41,384 nt of DNA from Candidatus Shapirobacteria bacterium S2_F12 (GTDB taxonomy: Bacteria; Patescibacteriota; Microgenomatia; UBA12405), in assembly GCA_019248165.1 (NCBI GenBank), contig JAEHHB010000002.1, positions 1-41,384 on the forward strand, given 5' to 3'. Position 1 is the first letter of the stretch. Each line of letters starts with the position of its first letter. The notes under the pieces were generated by a model that made no database searches, was not told the DNA's origin, and worked only from the letters and a program-made list of their open reading frames with translations. Position numbers and translations under genes: made by a program. Shown piece by piece: positions 9,077 to 17,492 of the stretch.

Positions 9077-9505
9077 ATGCCAGAAAGACAAGGTATTGTC
9101 GGAATCATAATGCAGGATGTTAGTGGGGTTATGGATTTGGTTAAACAAAAAAATACTGGCCAGACGGATATTGATTTAAAAAGGGAAGAAGAGGTGGAAG
9201 CTAGGTTGGAAAATTTAAAAAAACACAATAGGGGCGATTTAGTTTCCTTAGAGCTTTTAAGTTACACCTTAGATCGAGACCCGAAAGTTAGAGAGGTGGC
9301 GTTAAAAGGGCTTCTTGATATGGATGGGAGTTTTTCGAGTATGTCTGTTATTAAACGAGTAGTTGATATGGGTATATTTATTGTAGAAACTGAAGACGGA
9401 GGGGAAGAAGTGGCGACAGCTAAAAAGTTGTTGAAAAACCACCTAAATGATGGTGATTTTTTTTATCCAATAAGTAGGGTAATCAATAAACCTATTGGTG
9501 CTTAA
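9077..9505 (+). CDS. Hypothetical protein
   Basis: 142-aa ORF immediately behind a good promoter. No family recognised. Confidence 0.45.
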   Translation: MPERQGIVGIIMQDVSGVMDLVKQKNTGQTDIDLKREEEVEARLENLKKHNRGDLVSLELLSYTLDRDPKVREVALKGLLDMDGSFSSMSVIKRVVDMGIFIVETEDGGEEVATAKKLLKNHLNDGDFFYPISRVINKPIGA

Positions 9506-10209
9506 TTGTCTAGGACTGTTAATTCTAATAGAATATCGTCAAGGTGCCCTTGCATTACTTCGTCAAGATTATTAAATGATTTATCGATTCTATGATCTTT
9601 GATTTGATTTCTGGGATAATTATAAGTGCGAATTTTGTCTGCCCTGGTAGACTGACTAATATTAGAGCGACCACCGGCAACCTGAACTGCTCTTTTTTCT
9701 TCTTCTATTTGCCACAATTTGTTTTGTAAAAGCTTTAGGGCGATTTCTCTATTTTTTTGTTGGTAACGTTCGGTTCTAACATCAAAAGTTAATCCTGTTG
9801 GCTTGTGAACTAAATGGACTGCAGTGGAAACCTTGTTTACGTTTTGACCTCCGTTACCGCCGGCACGGCAAGCAGTAATAACAACATCGTCCATACTAAA
9901 GTTTACTTCCTTTGATTCAATTTGGGGCATAATCGCAATAGAGGCTGTAGAAGTTTGAATTCTGCCTCTTTTTTCGGTAATTGGGATTCTTTGAACTCGG
10001 TGAGTACCGGCTTCATGCTTAAGTTGATTATAAGAATCAAACCCCGATATTTGAATAATCTGTTCGTCAATTTGGCTCACTTTCCAACCGACCTTGTTGG
10101 CATATCGAATATACATGTTCATTAGGTCATTTGACCAAATTGTAGCTTCTTGACCACCGGGACCCGGATAAAACTCCATGATGGCTATATTGGGATTAAC
10201 TGTGGGCAT
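9502..10209 (-). CDS. prfA: Peptide chain release factor, RF1-type, lacking N-terminal domain 1
   Basis: PxT-type codon-recognition motif ([14 protein letters not shown]) and GGQ motif ([12 protein letters not shown]). It is colinear with E. coli RF1 from roughly residue 110 to the C-terminus but is only 235 aa. Confidence 0.85.
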   Translation of the reverse strand: MPTVNPNIAIMEFYPGPGGQEATIWSNDLMNMYIRYANKVGWKVSQIDEQIIQISGFDSYNQLKHEAGTHRVQRIPITEKRGRIQTSTASIAIMPQIESKEVNFSMDDVVITACRAGGNGGQNVNKVSTAVHLVHKPTGLTFDVRTERYQQKNREIALKLLQNKLWQIEEEKRAVQVAGGRSNISQSTRADKIRTYNYPRNQIKDHRIDKSFNNLDEVMQGHLDDILLELTVLDN

Positions 10210-10249
10210 TGTTTGTGGTTATTAGTAAATAATAAAGTTAGTAGTAAAA

Positions 10250-10290
10250 ATAAAAACCGCCAAATTGTTAAAAATTAAAGCGGTTTTTTG
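10250..10290 (-). terminator. Hairpin with flanking A/T runs between rpmE and prfA
   Basis: AAAACCGC at 10253-10260 pairs with GCGGTTTT at 10280-10287. T-runs follow on both strands. Confidence 0.5.
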
Positions 10291-10295
10291 GGATA

Positions 10296-10559
10296 CTAGT
10301 TTGATTTTGTTGATTTTTTTTCTTTAGCCTTAATATCCTTAGCATCAGCTGTAGCCTTACCTTTGGCAACTTTTTCTTTAAATTTGTCTATTCTTCCTTT
10401 AATGTCGACAAATTTTTGTTGACCAGTAAAAAATGGGTGACACTTTGAACAAACGTCGACTTCAATTTTTTCGACAGTTGAACCGGTGGTAAACTTATTA
10501 CCACAAGCACAGCTAACTTGACAATCGCTGTAATATTTTGGATGAATTCCTTGTTTCAT
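10296..10559 (-). CDS. rpmE: 50S ribosomal protein L31 (Zn-ribbon form)
   Basis: [10 protein letters not shown] start and CxC...[10 protein letters not shown] motifs. Confidence 0.95.
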   Translation of the reverse strand: MKQGIHPKYYSDCQVSCACGNKFTTGSTVEKIEVDVCSKCHPFFTGQQKFVDIKGRIDKFKEKVAKGKATADAKDIKAKEKKSTKSN

Positions 10560-10566
10560 AAGGCTT

Positions 10567-10575
10567 ATTATAACA
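10567..10575 (-). promoter_or_regulatory. Extended -10 (TGTTATAAT on the minus strand) 7 nt upstream of the rpmE ATG
   Basis: The reverse complement of 10567-10575 reads TGTTATAAT. It is followed by AAGCCTT and then the ATG; there is no SD. Confidence 0.4.
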
Positions 10576-10667
10576 CATTAGGTCTGGTATTTTGTATCTG
10601 GTGTTAGGTATTTTGTAAGTTAATTATTTTTTAAATTAACAGCTTTTACCAAATTATTACTAAATTA

Positions 10668-11378
10668 TTAAGGGTGATTTGACTCTAATTTAGGAAAGTT
10701 TTTGGGTTCTGATTCGGATTCCACTACATCTGATTTTGGTTTATTTTTCCCTCCTATAGTGTCTATAATAGATTGAAAGTGCCTTTCCCAAATTTGTTTT
10801 GATTCTTGATTATATATATCTTTTAATTCTTTGATTTTTAGATCTCGTTGTTCATCTGTTAAAGATGAATCTTCAATTATATCCAAAATAGATTTTCCTA
10901 AATTTCTAAATTTTTCCAATATTTGTTGTTCAAATTCTTGTTCAAGATTGTCAACTTTTTTGGTGACTTCTCGCGAATCATTTTGACGTTCTATTTCTTC
11001 TGGTGTTAAGATTGTTCCTTTATCATCTATCTCAAATGATCTCCCTGTGTTATTTCCAGTCAGTCGGCCATTTTCGTCTACATGAGCTGGTTCGAATGTG
11101 TTATCAGGTATATACAGTGGGATAAAGTGTTCTTTGTGTAAAACAAAATTTCTACCAGTGCTCTCACTTAAAAACGTGCCATCAGACTTTGGAGTTAATA
11201 TTCCACCACTCATCGGGTCTCTAAAAGGTATTATTTTTCCGCCTTCGGTAGATATATAATTATTACCAGTATATTCATCATAATAAAGACCGTTTTCGTT
11301 TTTAGTTAAGGTAGCCTTATTGTCTTGGCTTATCGGTTGGACTACTGCTTGTTCTATACTTAACTTTTGTTCAGACAT
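10668..11378 (-). CDS. Hypothetical protein with three N-terminal beta-type repeats and a charged helical C-terminus
   Basis: Three repeat units: NGLYYDEYTGNNYISTEGGKIIPF, DGTFLSESTGRNFVLHKEHFIPL and NGRLTGNNTGRSFEIDDKGTILT. The C-terminal half is E/K/Q-rich. Confidence 0.55.
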   Translation of the reverse strand: MSEQKLSIEQAVVQPISQDNKATLTKNENGLYYDEYTGNNYISTEGGKIIPFRDPMSGGILTPKSDGTFLSESTGRNFVLHKEHFIPLYIPDNTFEPAHVDENGRLTGNNTGRSFEIDDKGTILTPEEIERQNDSREVTKKVDNLEQEFEQQILEKFRNLGKSILDIIEDSSLTDEQRDLKIKELKDIYNQESKQIWERHFQSIIDTIGGKNKPKSDVVESESEPKNFPKLESNHP

Positions 11379-11395
11379 ACCACATGTTATCTATT

Positions 11396-11409
11396 ACAAC
11401 AAATGTTGT
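11396..11409. promoter_or_regulatory. Perfect palindrome ACAACA-AA-TGTTGT in a 54-bp divergent intergenic region
   Basis: Read directly from the sequence. It lies between the divergent starts at 11378 (-) and 11433 (+). Confidence 0.3.
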
Positions 11410-11432
11410 CAATTATTGAGGTAAGATAAATT

Positions 11433-12134
11433 ATGGATATATTAAAAATAAAGAAGAATAATTGGCTACTGGAAATTGATTTGAACGGAGGTAGAATTGT
11501 AAACTTAATAAAAGAAAATAATAAAATTTTGGGAACATATAATAGAATTGATGGAAAAACTGGTAATACCCATGTGTGCATTCCAAATTTTGCCAATGAG
11601 GGGGTAGAGAAGTTGGGATTTGTGTTTCATGGTCCATTTCGAAATAGTGAATGGAGGTTGATAAATCAAAGTAAAAGCAGAATAGATATAATCTCGGAAA
11701 TAAACGGGCTATCTGTAACTCAATCATTTGAAATTAATGATGACTTTAGTCATAAAATATTGATAAGGAATGTAAGTGATGAAAGAAAAAGAGTTCATAT
11801 CGCCGTACATAACTATTGGGATACAGAATTTGGTTGGAAGGGGGTTTTCTTAAATGGGCATGATATTTCTGGGGGGTTTATTGATAATCCAGAAATTAAT
11901 TTAGAAAAAAATAATATATTGGAAATACCAAATAAAAAGGTTATAAAATGGCAGGTGGAAAATTTTAGAAAGGCAAAGTTGTGGACTGGAGTGAAAGAGG
12001 AGGGTGGGAAAAAAACACACGACAATAAATACATTTGTATTGAGCCTGAAATGGAATATGAAGGGTTTGTTGAGACGGATAGAAGCTTGATTGAACCTAA
12101 AAAATGTATCAGTGTGGAGCAAAAGATTGGCTGA
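11433..12134 (+). CDS. Aldose 1-epimerase family protein (hexose-6-phosphate mutarotase-like)
   Basis: ...THVCIPNFANEG...FHGPFRNSEWRL resembles the conserved PxxFPWFG...HGFxRxxxW core of the YeaD/aldose epimerase family. Confidence 0.6.
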   Translation: MDILKIKKNNWLLEIDLNGGRIVNLIKENNKILGTYNRIDGKTGNTHVCIPNFANEGVEKLGFVFHGPFRNSEWRLINQSKSRIDIISEINGLSVTQSFEINDDFSHKILIRNVSDERKRVHIAVHNYWDTEFGWKGVFLNGHDISGGFIDNPEINLEKNNILEIPNKKVIKWQVENFRKAKLWTGVKEEGGKKTHDNKYICIEPEMEYEGFVETDRSLIEPKKCISVEQKIG

Positions 12135-12145
12135 AGAGTTGAAGA

Positions 12146-12817
12146 TTAGTTTTTGGATAGACTTAGTACAATTATTTTTGAGGCGTAAAATGTGTTGGCT
12201 AACTTTTGGTCTGGTTTGATGATAGCAATAATTTTGTTGCCATTGGCGATGGCTTGATTGCCAGTAATTGCTTTATTGTTTGTGTCGACAATTTTTGTTT
12301 TTGAGTCTGTCTTCAGTTGGAATGGGTTATTTTTGTTATAGTTTGGCGTTAAGGTAAAAATAGACGCTTCTTTTGAGATATCGACGATTTGACCAGTTAC
12401 TGTTTGGTTATTGTTGGTTACAGATTTTAATTCGGTAACTACGAGACGTTTACAGTCTAAAATTTGGTTATCTATTAGATAACCCATAGCCAAAACTTCT
12501 TGGCCAACCTTGAAGCTGTCGAATTTTGTTTTTTTTCTACTTATGTCAATATATGTGGTTTGGTCGCTTACTTGAATAGTTTGGGGTTGGTTTTTAAAAG
12601 CTAAAGTTATGGTGTTTTCGGAAATTTTAGTAATATTACCAAAATAAGACTTTGGTTTGTCGCTAATAATCGGAGTGGGGGTAATATTGTCACTTACTAT
12701 TTGTTTTACAATATCAACAATTTCTTTTGTTTTGTCGTCGCTGGTCGGCGTTGGTTCAATAGCTTTGGTGGGGTTTACAAAAAAAAGAGTCAGTAGGATA
12801 AAAAAAAGAATTTTCAT
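12146..12817 (-). CDS. Secreted hypothetical protein
   Basis: N-terminal signal peptide MKILFFILLTLFFVNPTKA, followed by repeated beta-rich segments. Confidence 0.55.
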   Translation of the reverse strand: MKILFFILLTLFFVNPTKAIEPTPTSDDKTKEIVDIVKQIVSDNITPTPIISDKPKSYFGNITKISENTITLAFKNQPQTIQVSDQTTYIDISRKKTKFDSFKVGQEVLAMGYLIDNQILDCKRLVVTELKSVTNNNQTVTGQIVDISKEASIFTLTPNYNKNNPFQLKTDSKTKIVDTNNKAITGNQAIANGNKIIAIIKPDQKLANTFYASKIIVLSLSKN

Positions 12818-12820
12818 TAT

Positions 12821-13273
12821 TTATATTTTCGCTGTTGAATAAGTAATATTTAATTCGGTATCTAGTTGATTGCCGTCAATATCTATGGCGCTAATTTTAA
12901 TAATATTTAAACCACCTTGTAGTTTTATGGGAACATCAAAATATCCTTTTTGGTCGCTTTTTCCGGTAAAATTTTCAGTTGTGGTATTGATGATTATTTG
13001 ACTATCGCTCGTGGTGTTGCCGGTAATATTTAAATTTTCATTGAATACTAAAAGATTATTTTCGGGTGAAACTATAGTAAGTTTGTCGTTGGTCGTTTTG
13101 TCAATATCCGAAGTTAAAGTGTTTGTGATGGTTGGACTGGGGATAGTGGTTGGTTGGCTAATAATTACTGGATCTTGGGTTTGGCTTTTTTGGCGTAAGG
13201 TAAGGTACCCGCCGGTAACACCGAAACCCAACAAGCCGCCAATAATAATTGCTAATAATAATTCTTTAATCAT
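12821..13273 (-). CDS. Membrane-anchored hypothetical protein with an Ig-like C-terminal domain
   Basis: N-terminal TM segment, a T/P-rich linker, and a C-terminal beta domain (GYFDVPIKLQGGLNIIKISAIDIDGN). Confidence 0.55.
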   Translation of the reverse strand: MIKELLLAIIIGGLLGFGVTGGYLTLRQKSQTQDPVIISQPTTIPSPTITNTLTSDIDKTTNDKLTIVSPENNLLVFNENLNITGNTTSDSQIIINTTTENFTGKSDQKGYFDVPIKLQGGLNIIKISAIDIDGNQLDTELNITYSTAKI

Positions 13274-13416
13274 GGGATTATCTTTGATAATAACATATAA
13301 GTATGACTTTTGTGATAGAACAAATACATACTGTCAGAGGAATAATAATGAGAGATGGGCTGGGGGTTTGTATAAACCGTTTGGTAATTTTGTGAGCTAG
13401 TTTTGGGGTGGTTTAA

Positions 13417-14016
13417 ATGCTAGAATGGGTCTATATGGAAATCAAATTTTTGAATAAATCAACTATTTTTTTGAAAGGTAAAAAAGAAAATGTTTTAATC
13501 GATCCGACTGAAAAAGAAATCGTCGAAAACAAGAGTACATCAAGAATTATTGTATATACGAATGGTGATTTTAATCAAATGAGTTTGGCTAATGATGAAA
13601 AGATTGTTGTTAGAGGTGGGGGTGAATATGAAGTTGGAGGAGTTGAAATAACTGGGATAAACGGTGAAGATGGTAATACGGTTTATAGAATCGTAATTGA
13701 CAGTTTTGTGTTAGTTGTTTTGGGTAAAATAAACCAAGAGCTTACTCCAAAAAGAATTGATAAAATTGACTCTACTGATATCCTTTTGGCTCCAACTAAA
13801 ATTGGAGATAGTTGCAGTTTTAAATTGGTTAAAGAGTGGGCAAAAAAATGGGGGGCAAATTATTTAATACCAATTGAAGATGATGACGACAAGTCTTTAG
13901 AAAAATTTTTAGACGAAGCTGATGAGGAGGGGTTAGAAAAAACAGATTTGCTTAAATTAGAAAAACAAGACGACTTACCTGATGGATTAGAAATAAAATT
14001 GTTGAAAAATAATTAA
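13417..14016 (+). CDS. Hypothetical protein with an acidic C-terminus, immediately upstream of dnaB
   Basis: 199-aa ORF with the SD-like GGGGTGG 5 nt upstream. It shows weak, degenerate resemblance to a metallo-beta-lactamase fold but has no HxHxDH motif. Confidence 0.5.
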   Translation: MLEWVYMEIKFLNKSTIFLKGKKENVLIDPTEKEIVENKSTSRIIVYTNGDFNQMSLANDEKIVVRGGGEYEVGGVEITGINGEDGNTVYRIVIDSFVLVVLGKINQELTPKRIDKIDSTDILLAPTKIGDSCSFKLVKEWAKKWGANYLIPIEDDDDKSLEKFLDEADEEGLEKTDLLKLEKQDDLPDGLEIKLLKNN

Positions 14017-14019
14017 TAT

Positions 14020-15324
14020 ATGGAGGAAATTACTCGAATACCGCCTAATTCTGAAGAAGCAGAGTTGTCTGTATTGGGGTCGATACTAATTGATAATGAC
14101 GCTGTCTTGGCGGTATCAGAATTTTTGAGGTCAGAACATTTTTACAATTCAAACTATGGCAAGATTTATCAATCAATGATGGATCTTTATGAAGAAAGAA
14201 TGCCTCTTGATTTGATTACGGTTTCAGAAAAACTAAAAGAGCAAAAACTACTCAAAAAGGTTGGAGGAAAGAGTTTCTTGACTAAGTTAGCTGGAGAGGT
14301 CCCAACAGCGGCTAATGTTGAAAGTTACGGAAAAATAATAAAAGCCTTGTCTGCCAAACGGGAGTTAATATCAGCCGCAGGAAGAATTACTGAAAAGGCT
14401 TTTGATTCAACTTTGCCAGCAGACCAGTTGTTAGATGTTGCTGAACAAGAAATTTTTTCTTTGTCCCAAAAACATTTAAAATCAGTCCCAACTTCACTAA
14501 AAGATGTCTTAACTGCTAGTTTTGACCGACTTGATGAACTACAAAAGTTGGGAACTGGTTTGAGGGGGGTACCAACTGGATTTAAGGGTCTGGACAGTAT
14601 TTTAGCTGGTATGCAAGATAGTAACTTAATAATTTTAGCGGCTAGACCAGGCGTTGGTAAAACTGCTTTTGGATTAAATATTGCTCGATACGTAGCGGTA
14701 GAAAAAAAAATACCAGTGTGTATGTTCTCACTTGAAATGAGCAAAGAAGAGCTGGTTGATAGGTTGTTGGTGAGACAAGGAATGATTGATGCTTGGAAAT
14801 TAAAGACTGGGCAGTTGTCGTCTGGTGATTTTGATTCTTTGTCTGAAGCAATGGGAGTCTTGGCTGACGCTCCGCTGTTTATTGATGACACTCCTGGGTT
14901 AACAGTCACCGAATTAAGGACAAAAGCGCGACGGTTACAAGTTGACAAGGAAATAAAATTTATTGTGGTTGATTATTTACAGTTGATGCATGGAAGTACC
15001 CGGGACAATCGGGTTCAAGAGGTTTCGGAAATTTCTCAAGGATTGAAAAATTTAGCCAGAGAACTAAAAATCCCGATATTGGCATTGGCTCAATTGTCGA
15101 GGGCGATGGAGGCAAGGGGTGGTAAGCCTAGGTTGTCTGATTTGAGAGAGTCGGGGAGTATTGAACAAGATGCTGATGTGGTAATGTTTCTATATCGAGA
15201 AGACGAAGAAATTAGAGAAATGGTTACTTGTAGTATTGAAAAACACCGAAATGGTCCAACAAATAGTTTTAATTTGTATTTCAATGGTAAACAAGTCAGT
15301 TTCTTTGATATAGAAAAGAAATAA
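14020..15324 (+). CDS. dnaB: Replicative DNA helicase DnaB
   Basis: N-terminal PPNSEEAELSVLGSIL, Walker A ARPGVGKT, Walker B VVDYLQL and RELKIPILALAQLSR. Confidence 0.95.
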   Translation: MEEITRIPPNSEEAELSVLGSILIDNDAVLAVSEFLRSEHFYNSNYGKIYQSMMDLYEERMPLDLITVSEKLKEQKLLKKVGGKSFLTKLAGEVPTAANVESYGKIIKALSAKRELISAAGRITEKAFDSTLPADQLLDVAEQEIFSLSQKHLKSVPTSLKDVLTASFDRLDELQKLGTGLRGVPTGFKGLDSILAGMQDSNLIILAARPGVGKTAFGLNIARYVAVEKKIPVCMFSLEMSKEELVDRLLVRQGMIDAWKLKTGQLSSGDFDSLSEAMGVLADAPLFIDDTPGLTVTELRTKARRLQVDKEIKFIVVDYLQLMHGSTRDNRVQEVSEISQGLKNLARELKIPILALAQLSRAMEARGGKPRLSDLRESGSIEQDADVVMFLYREDEEIREMVTCSIEKHRNGPTNSFNLYFNGKQVSFFDIEKK

Positions 15325-15359
15325 AAAAAAGCCCCGGTTGGTTTTTACCCAAACGGGGC
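15323..15359 (-). terminator. Bidirectional intrinsic terminator shared by dnaB and the GC-rich gene
   Basis: GCCCCGGTTGG...CCAAACGGGGC hairpin at 15331-15359. The A8 run at 15323-15330 becomes a U8 tail on the minus strand. Confidence 0.7.
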
Positions 15360-15384
15360 GGAGTACAAGAGAGAGAAGAGAAGG

Positions 15385-16074
15385 TCATGAGGCAAATTGT
15401 TCAAAGGAGTTGACAGCTTCAAGGGCCATCTTTTCATTTGCTTTTGCCTCGGCGAGCTTGTCGAGTGCTTTTTGCACAGCACGTTGGGCAGTAACAACCT
15501 TTCGTGAAGCCTTTTTGGCGTCACTTTTCAAAGTGGCGATTGAGATTGCCGGTATGGTGGTCGTGTTGGGCAAGGGGGCGGGGATGTTTGGTTTGAGTGA
15601 ATCCAGGAGTTCCTGGAGTTCATTTTTGGAGATAATCCACCCTGTTTGTCCAGACGGGCTGTGTTTGTTGGGAATCGCTACTTGGTCATCATAGACAGGT
15701 GCGGCCCCGATAAAGCCATCCAGAATTTGAGTAATCGGATACTTTTTGGGGTCGGCGTGCAAAATGGGGATGATTTTTTCCAAATCATCATCTTTGACAT
15801 CGCACGGACCAGAAAAGTCCAGGTGACTGTCGTTGTGTCTGTCAGAGATGACACACAAAACGTCTTTGACTTTGTTTCCAGCGTTGTTGAGATGGGTTAC
15901 CAGCATGATAATGTCGTCGTTGGCATACAGCCTTCCGCCGCCGACAGAGACCAGATTGTCTTTGATTGCTTGGTTAACGACTCGTCCAGTTACGTGCACC
16001 CAGTGATTCGGATTGTAGGCCATGGACACGATGTCGTGGTTGTCGGCACATTTGATGATCGATCTTAAAAACAT
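15385..16074 (-). CDS. Orphan protein encoded in a GC-rich island: unknown N-terminal domain, Pro/Thr linker, Ala/Lys-rich C-terminal helix
   Basis: This is the longest frame in the island. I place the start at the ATG at 16074, which lies 9 nt after a strong SD (AGGAAGGGTGG), rather than at the TTG at 16119 in the ORF track. The terminator at 15323-15359 follows. Confidence 0.7.
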   Translation of the reverse strand: MFLRSIIKCADNHDIVSMAYNPNHWVHVTGRVVNQAIKDNLVSVGGGRLYANDDIIMLVTHLNNAGNKVKDVLCVISDRHNDSHLDFSGPCDVKDDDLEKIIPILHADPKKYPITQILDGFIGAAPVYDDQVAIPNKHSPSGQTGWIISKNELQELLDSLKPNIPAPLPNTTTIPAISIATLKSDAKKASRKVVTAQRAVQKALDKLAEAKANEKMALEAVNSFEQFAS

Positions 16075-16313
16075 TTCAAATACCACCCTTCCTAAATTAC
16101 TCTTCCAAAGAGCACTCAAAATATATACTTTTTATATATTCTAGGTGCTCCTTGGAAACTCTCTCTTTTATTTTAAAAGTACAAATTGAGTGATAAACAC
16201 CAAAGCATTTTTGGTTTTTATATCTCAATATAATTTATATATATCATAATATAGGATATATGTCAATGTATTTAGGTTCAAAGAATTAAAATAGAGGAGA
16301 AAGTTGGTTTTTG

Positions 16314-16397
16314 TGCCGAAGGAGGGAATCGAACCCCCATGATATTGCTACCACACGATTTTGAGTCGTGCGCGTCTGCCAGTTCCGCCACTTCGGC
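16314..16397 (-). tRNA. tRNA-Leu (anticodon CAA), long variable arm, CCA not encoded
   Basis: The reverse complement reads GCCGAAGTGGCGGAACTGGCAGACGCGCACGACTCAAAATCGTGTGGTAGCAATATCATGGGGGTTCGATTCCCTCCTTCGGCA. It folds as a cloverleaf with anticodon loop CTCAAAA. Confidence 0.9.
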
Positions 16398-16467
16398 TCG
16401 GGAAAGTAGTTTATTATAACTTAATTATTATTTTTTTTAGCAGTTTAAATAATGATAAAATAGAAGT

Positions 16468-17109
16468 ATGAGTCTAGGAATATTTAGAACTATTGGATTG
16501 GTGTTGTTTATGTATTTATTATGGCGGGATTTGAGGGATGATTATGGTGATGATAAAGTAATAAATTATGCCTGGATTGCTTTATTGGGTTTTTTGTTTG
16601 GGGGAAGAATAACCTATGGGTTGGTAAATTGGGGTGTCTGGAATGATAGTTGGTTAGACTGGTTATCTGTTTGGAACAAACCAGGGATTAATTATTTGGG
16701 TAGTTATTTGGGGCTAACTTTAGTAACTTGGATGGTTGCAAATAAGAACCAATGGAAATTTTTGTCTTTATTGGATGACATCGTAAAACCAACCTTAATA
16801 TTTTCTAGTTTACTGATGTTTGACGAGTGGATTAGGTCGGGGTTTTATATAAGACCAATGCTTTTTTTGACCCTGTTAACTGTTGATATTTTTTTAGTTA
16901 ATTGGTTGAAAAAAAGATATCGTTCTTTTGCTTGGTATAAAAGTGGTAAAAAGGGATTTGTACTTCTATTTAATAATTTATTGTTCTTTTTGGCGGTAGT
17001 TATTGTTTTAGTTATACTTAAAGATAATCTATTAAGTATAATATTAGCTTCAATTATTAGTTTGATTTCGGGAGGAGGATTGTATATCCTAAAAAAAGCA
17101 AAAATATGA
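16468..17109 (+). CDS. Polytopic membrane protein with weak Lgt-like N-terminal similarity
   Basis: Multiple TM segments. GGRITYGLVNW...VWNKPGINYLGSYLG loosely resembles the N-terminal Lgt pattern. It lies upstream of lspA. The functional call is weak. Confidence 0.5.
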   Translation: MSLGIFRTIGLVLFMYLLWRDLRDDYGDDKVINYAWIALLGFLFGGRITYGLVNWGVWNDSWLDWLSVWNKPGINYLGSYLGLTLVTWMVANKNQWKFLSLLDDIVKPTLIFSSLLMFDEWIRSGFYIRPMLFLTLLTVDIFLVNWLKKRYRSFAWYKSGKKGFVLLFNNLLFFLAVVIVLVILKDNLLSIILASIISLISGGGLYILKKAKI

Positions 17110-17492
17110 AACAAGAAAATCAAGAAAATTTAAAAATTAGTTTTCCTCAAAGATTGTTATCGCCGATTAAGCATTTTTTAGAAGCTGAGTTGTTAAAATC
17201 AAAAAGAGCTAAAAAAAACCTAAAGAATGCTGATCCGTTTTTAGATTCTAATAGGGTATTAGAAAATTCACTAGAAGAAGATTTGGATGAACAGATTGAT
17301 CATTTTGAAACTGAGGTAAAAGCAAAGTTTTTAAATAAAAGAATCGTACAGCTAAGAAAAGCCCTAACTAGAATTAAAATTGGGAAATATGGGTTGTGTG
17401 AGAGTTGTGGAAAAATGATTGATACTGATAGATTAGCAATTAACCCCTTGGCAACTACGTGTGTTAAATGTCAAAAAGAAAAAGAAGCTTAA
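17106..17492 (+). CDS. DksA/TraR family C4-type zinc-finger protein
   Basis: C-terminal CESCGKMIDTDRLAINPLATTCVKCQ. ATGA overlap with the upstream gene. Confidence 0.8.
   Translation: MKQENQENLKISFPQRLLSPIKHFLEAELLKSKRAKKNLKNADPFLDSNRVLENSLEEDLDEQIDHFETEVKAKFLNKRIVQLRKALTRIKIGKYGLCESCGKMIDTDRLAINPLATTCVKCQKEKEA

Noticed and set aside
9502-10209. Programmed +1 frameshift of prfB as the explanation for the short release-factor ORF.
   Set aside because: The protein has the RF1-type PxT motif, not the SPF of RF2. The missing part is about 110-125 aa, not the roughly 25 codons upstream of a prfB shift site. Only 86 nt of terminator-containing spacer lie upstream.
15338-16068. Plus-strand ORFs 15338-15694 and 15646-16068 in the GC-rich island.
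   Set aside because: Higher G+C suppresses stop codons in all frames. The minus-strand frame is longer and has a strong SD and a matching terminator. The plus-strand products are Ala/Ser/Val-rich, look like shadow translations, and have no RBS.
16199-16215. Small hairpin ACCAAA-GCATT-TTTGGT between tRNA-Leu and the GC-rich gene, considered as a tRNA terminator.
   Set aside because: The 6-bp stem is AT-rich. The better T-run is on the plus strand, where nothing is transcribed towards it. The evidence is too weak to call.
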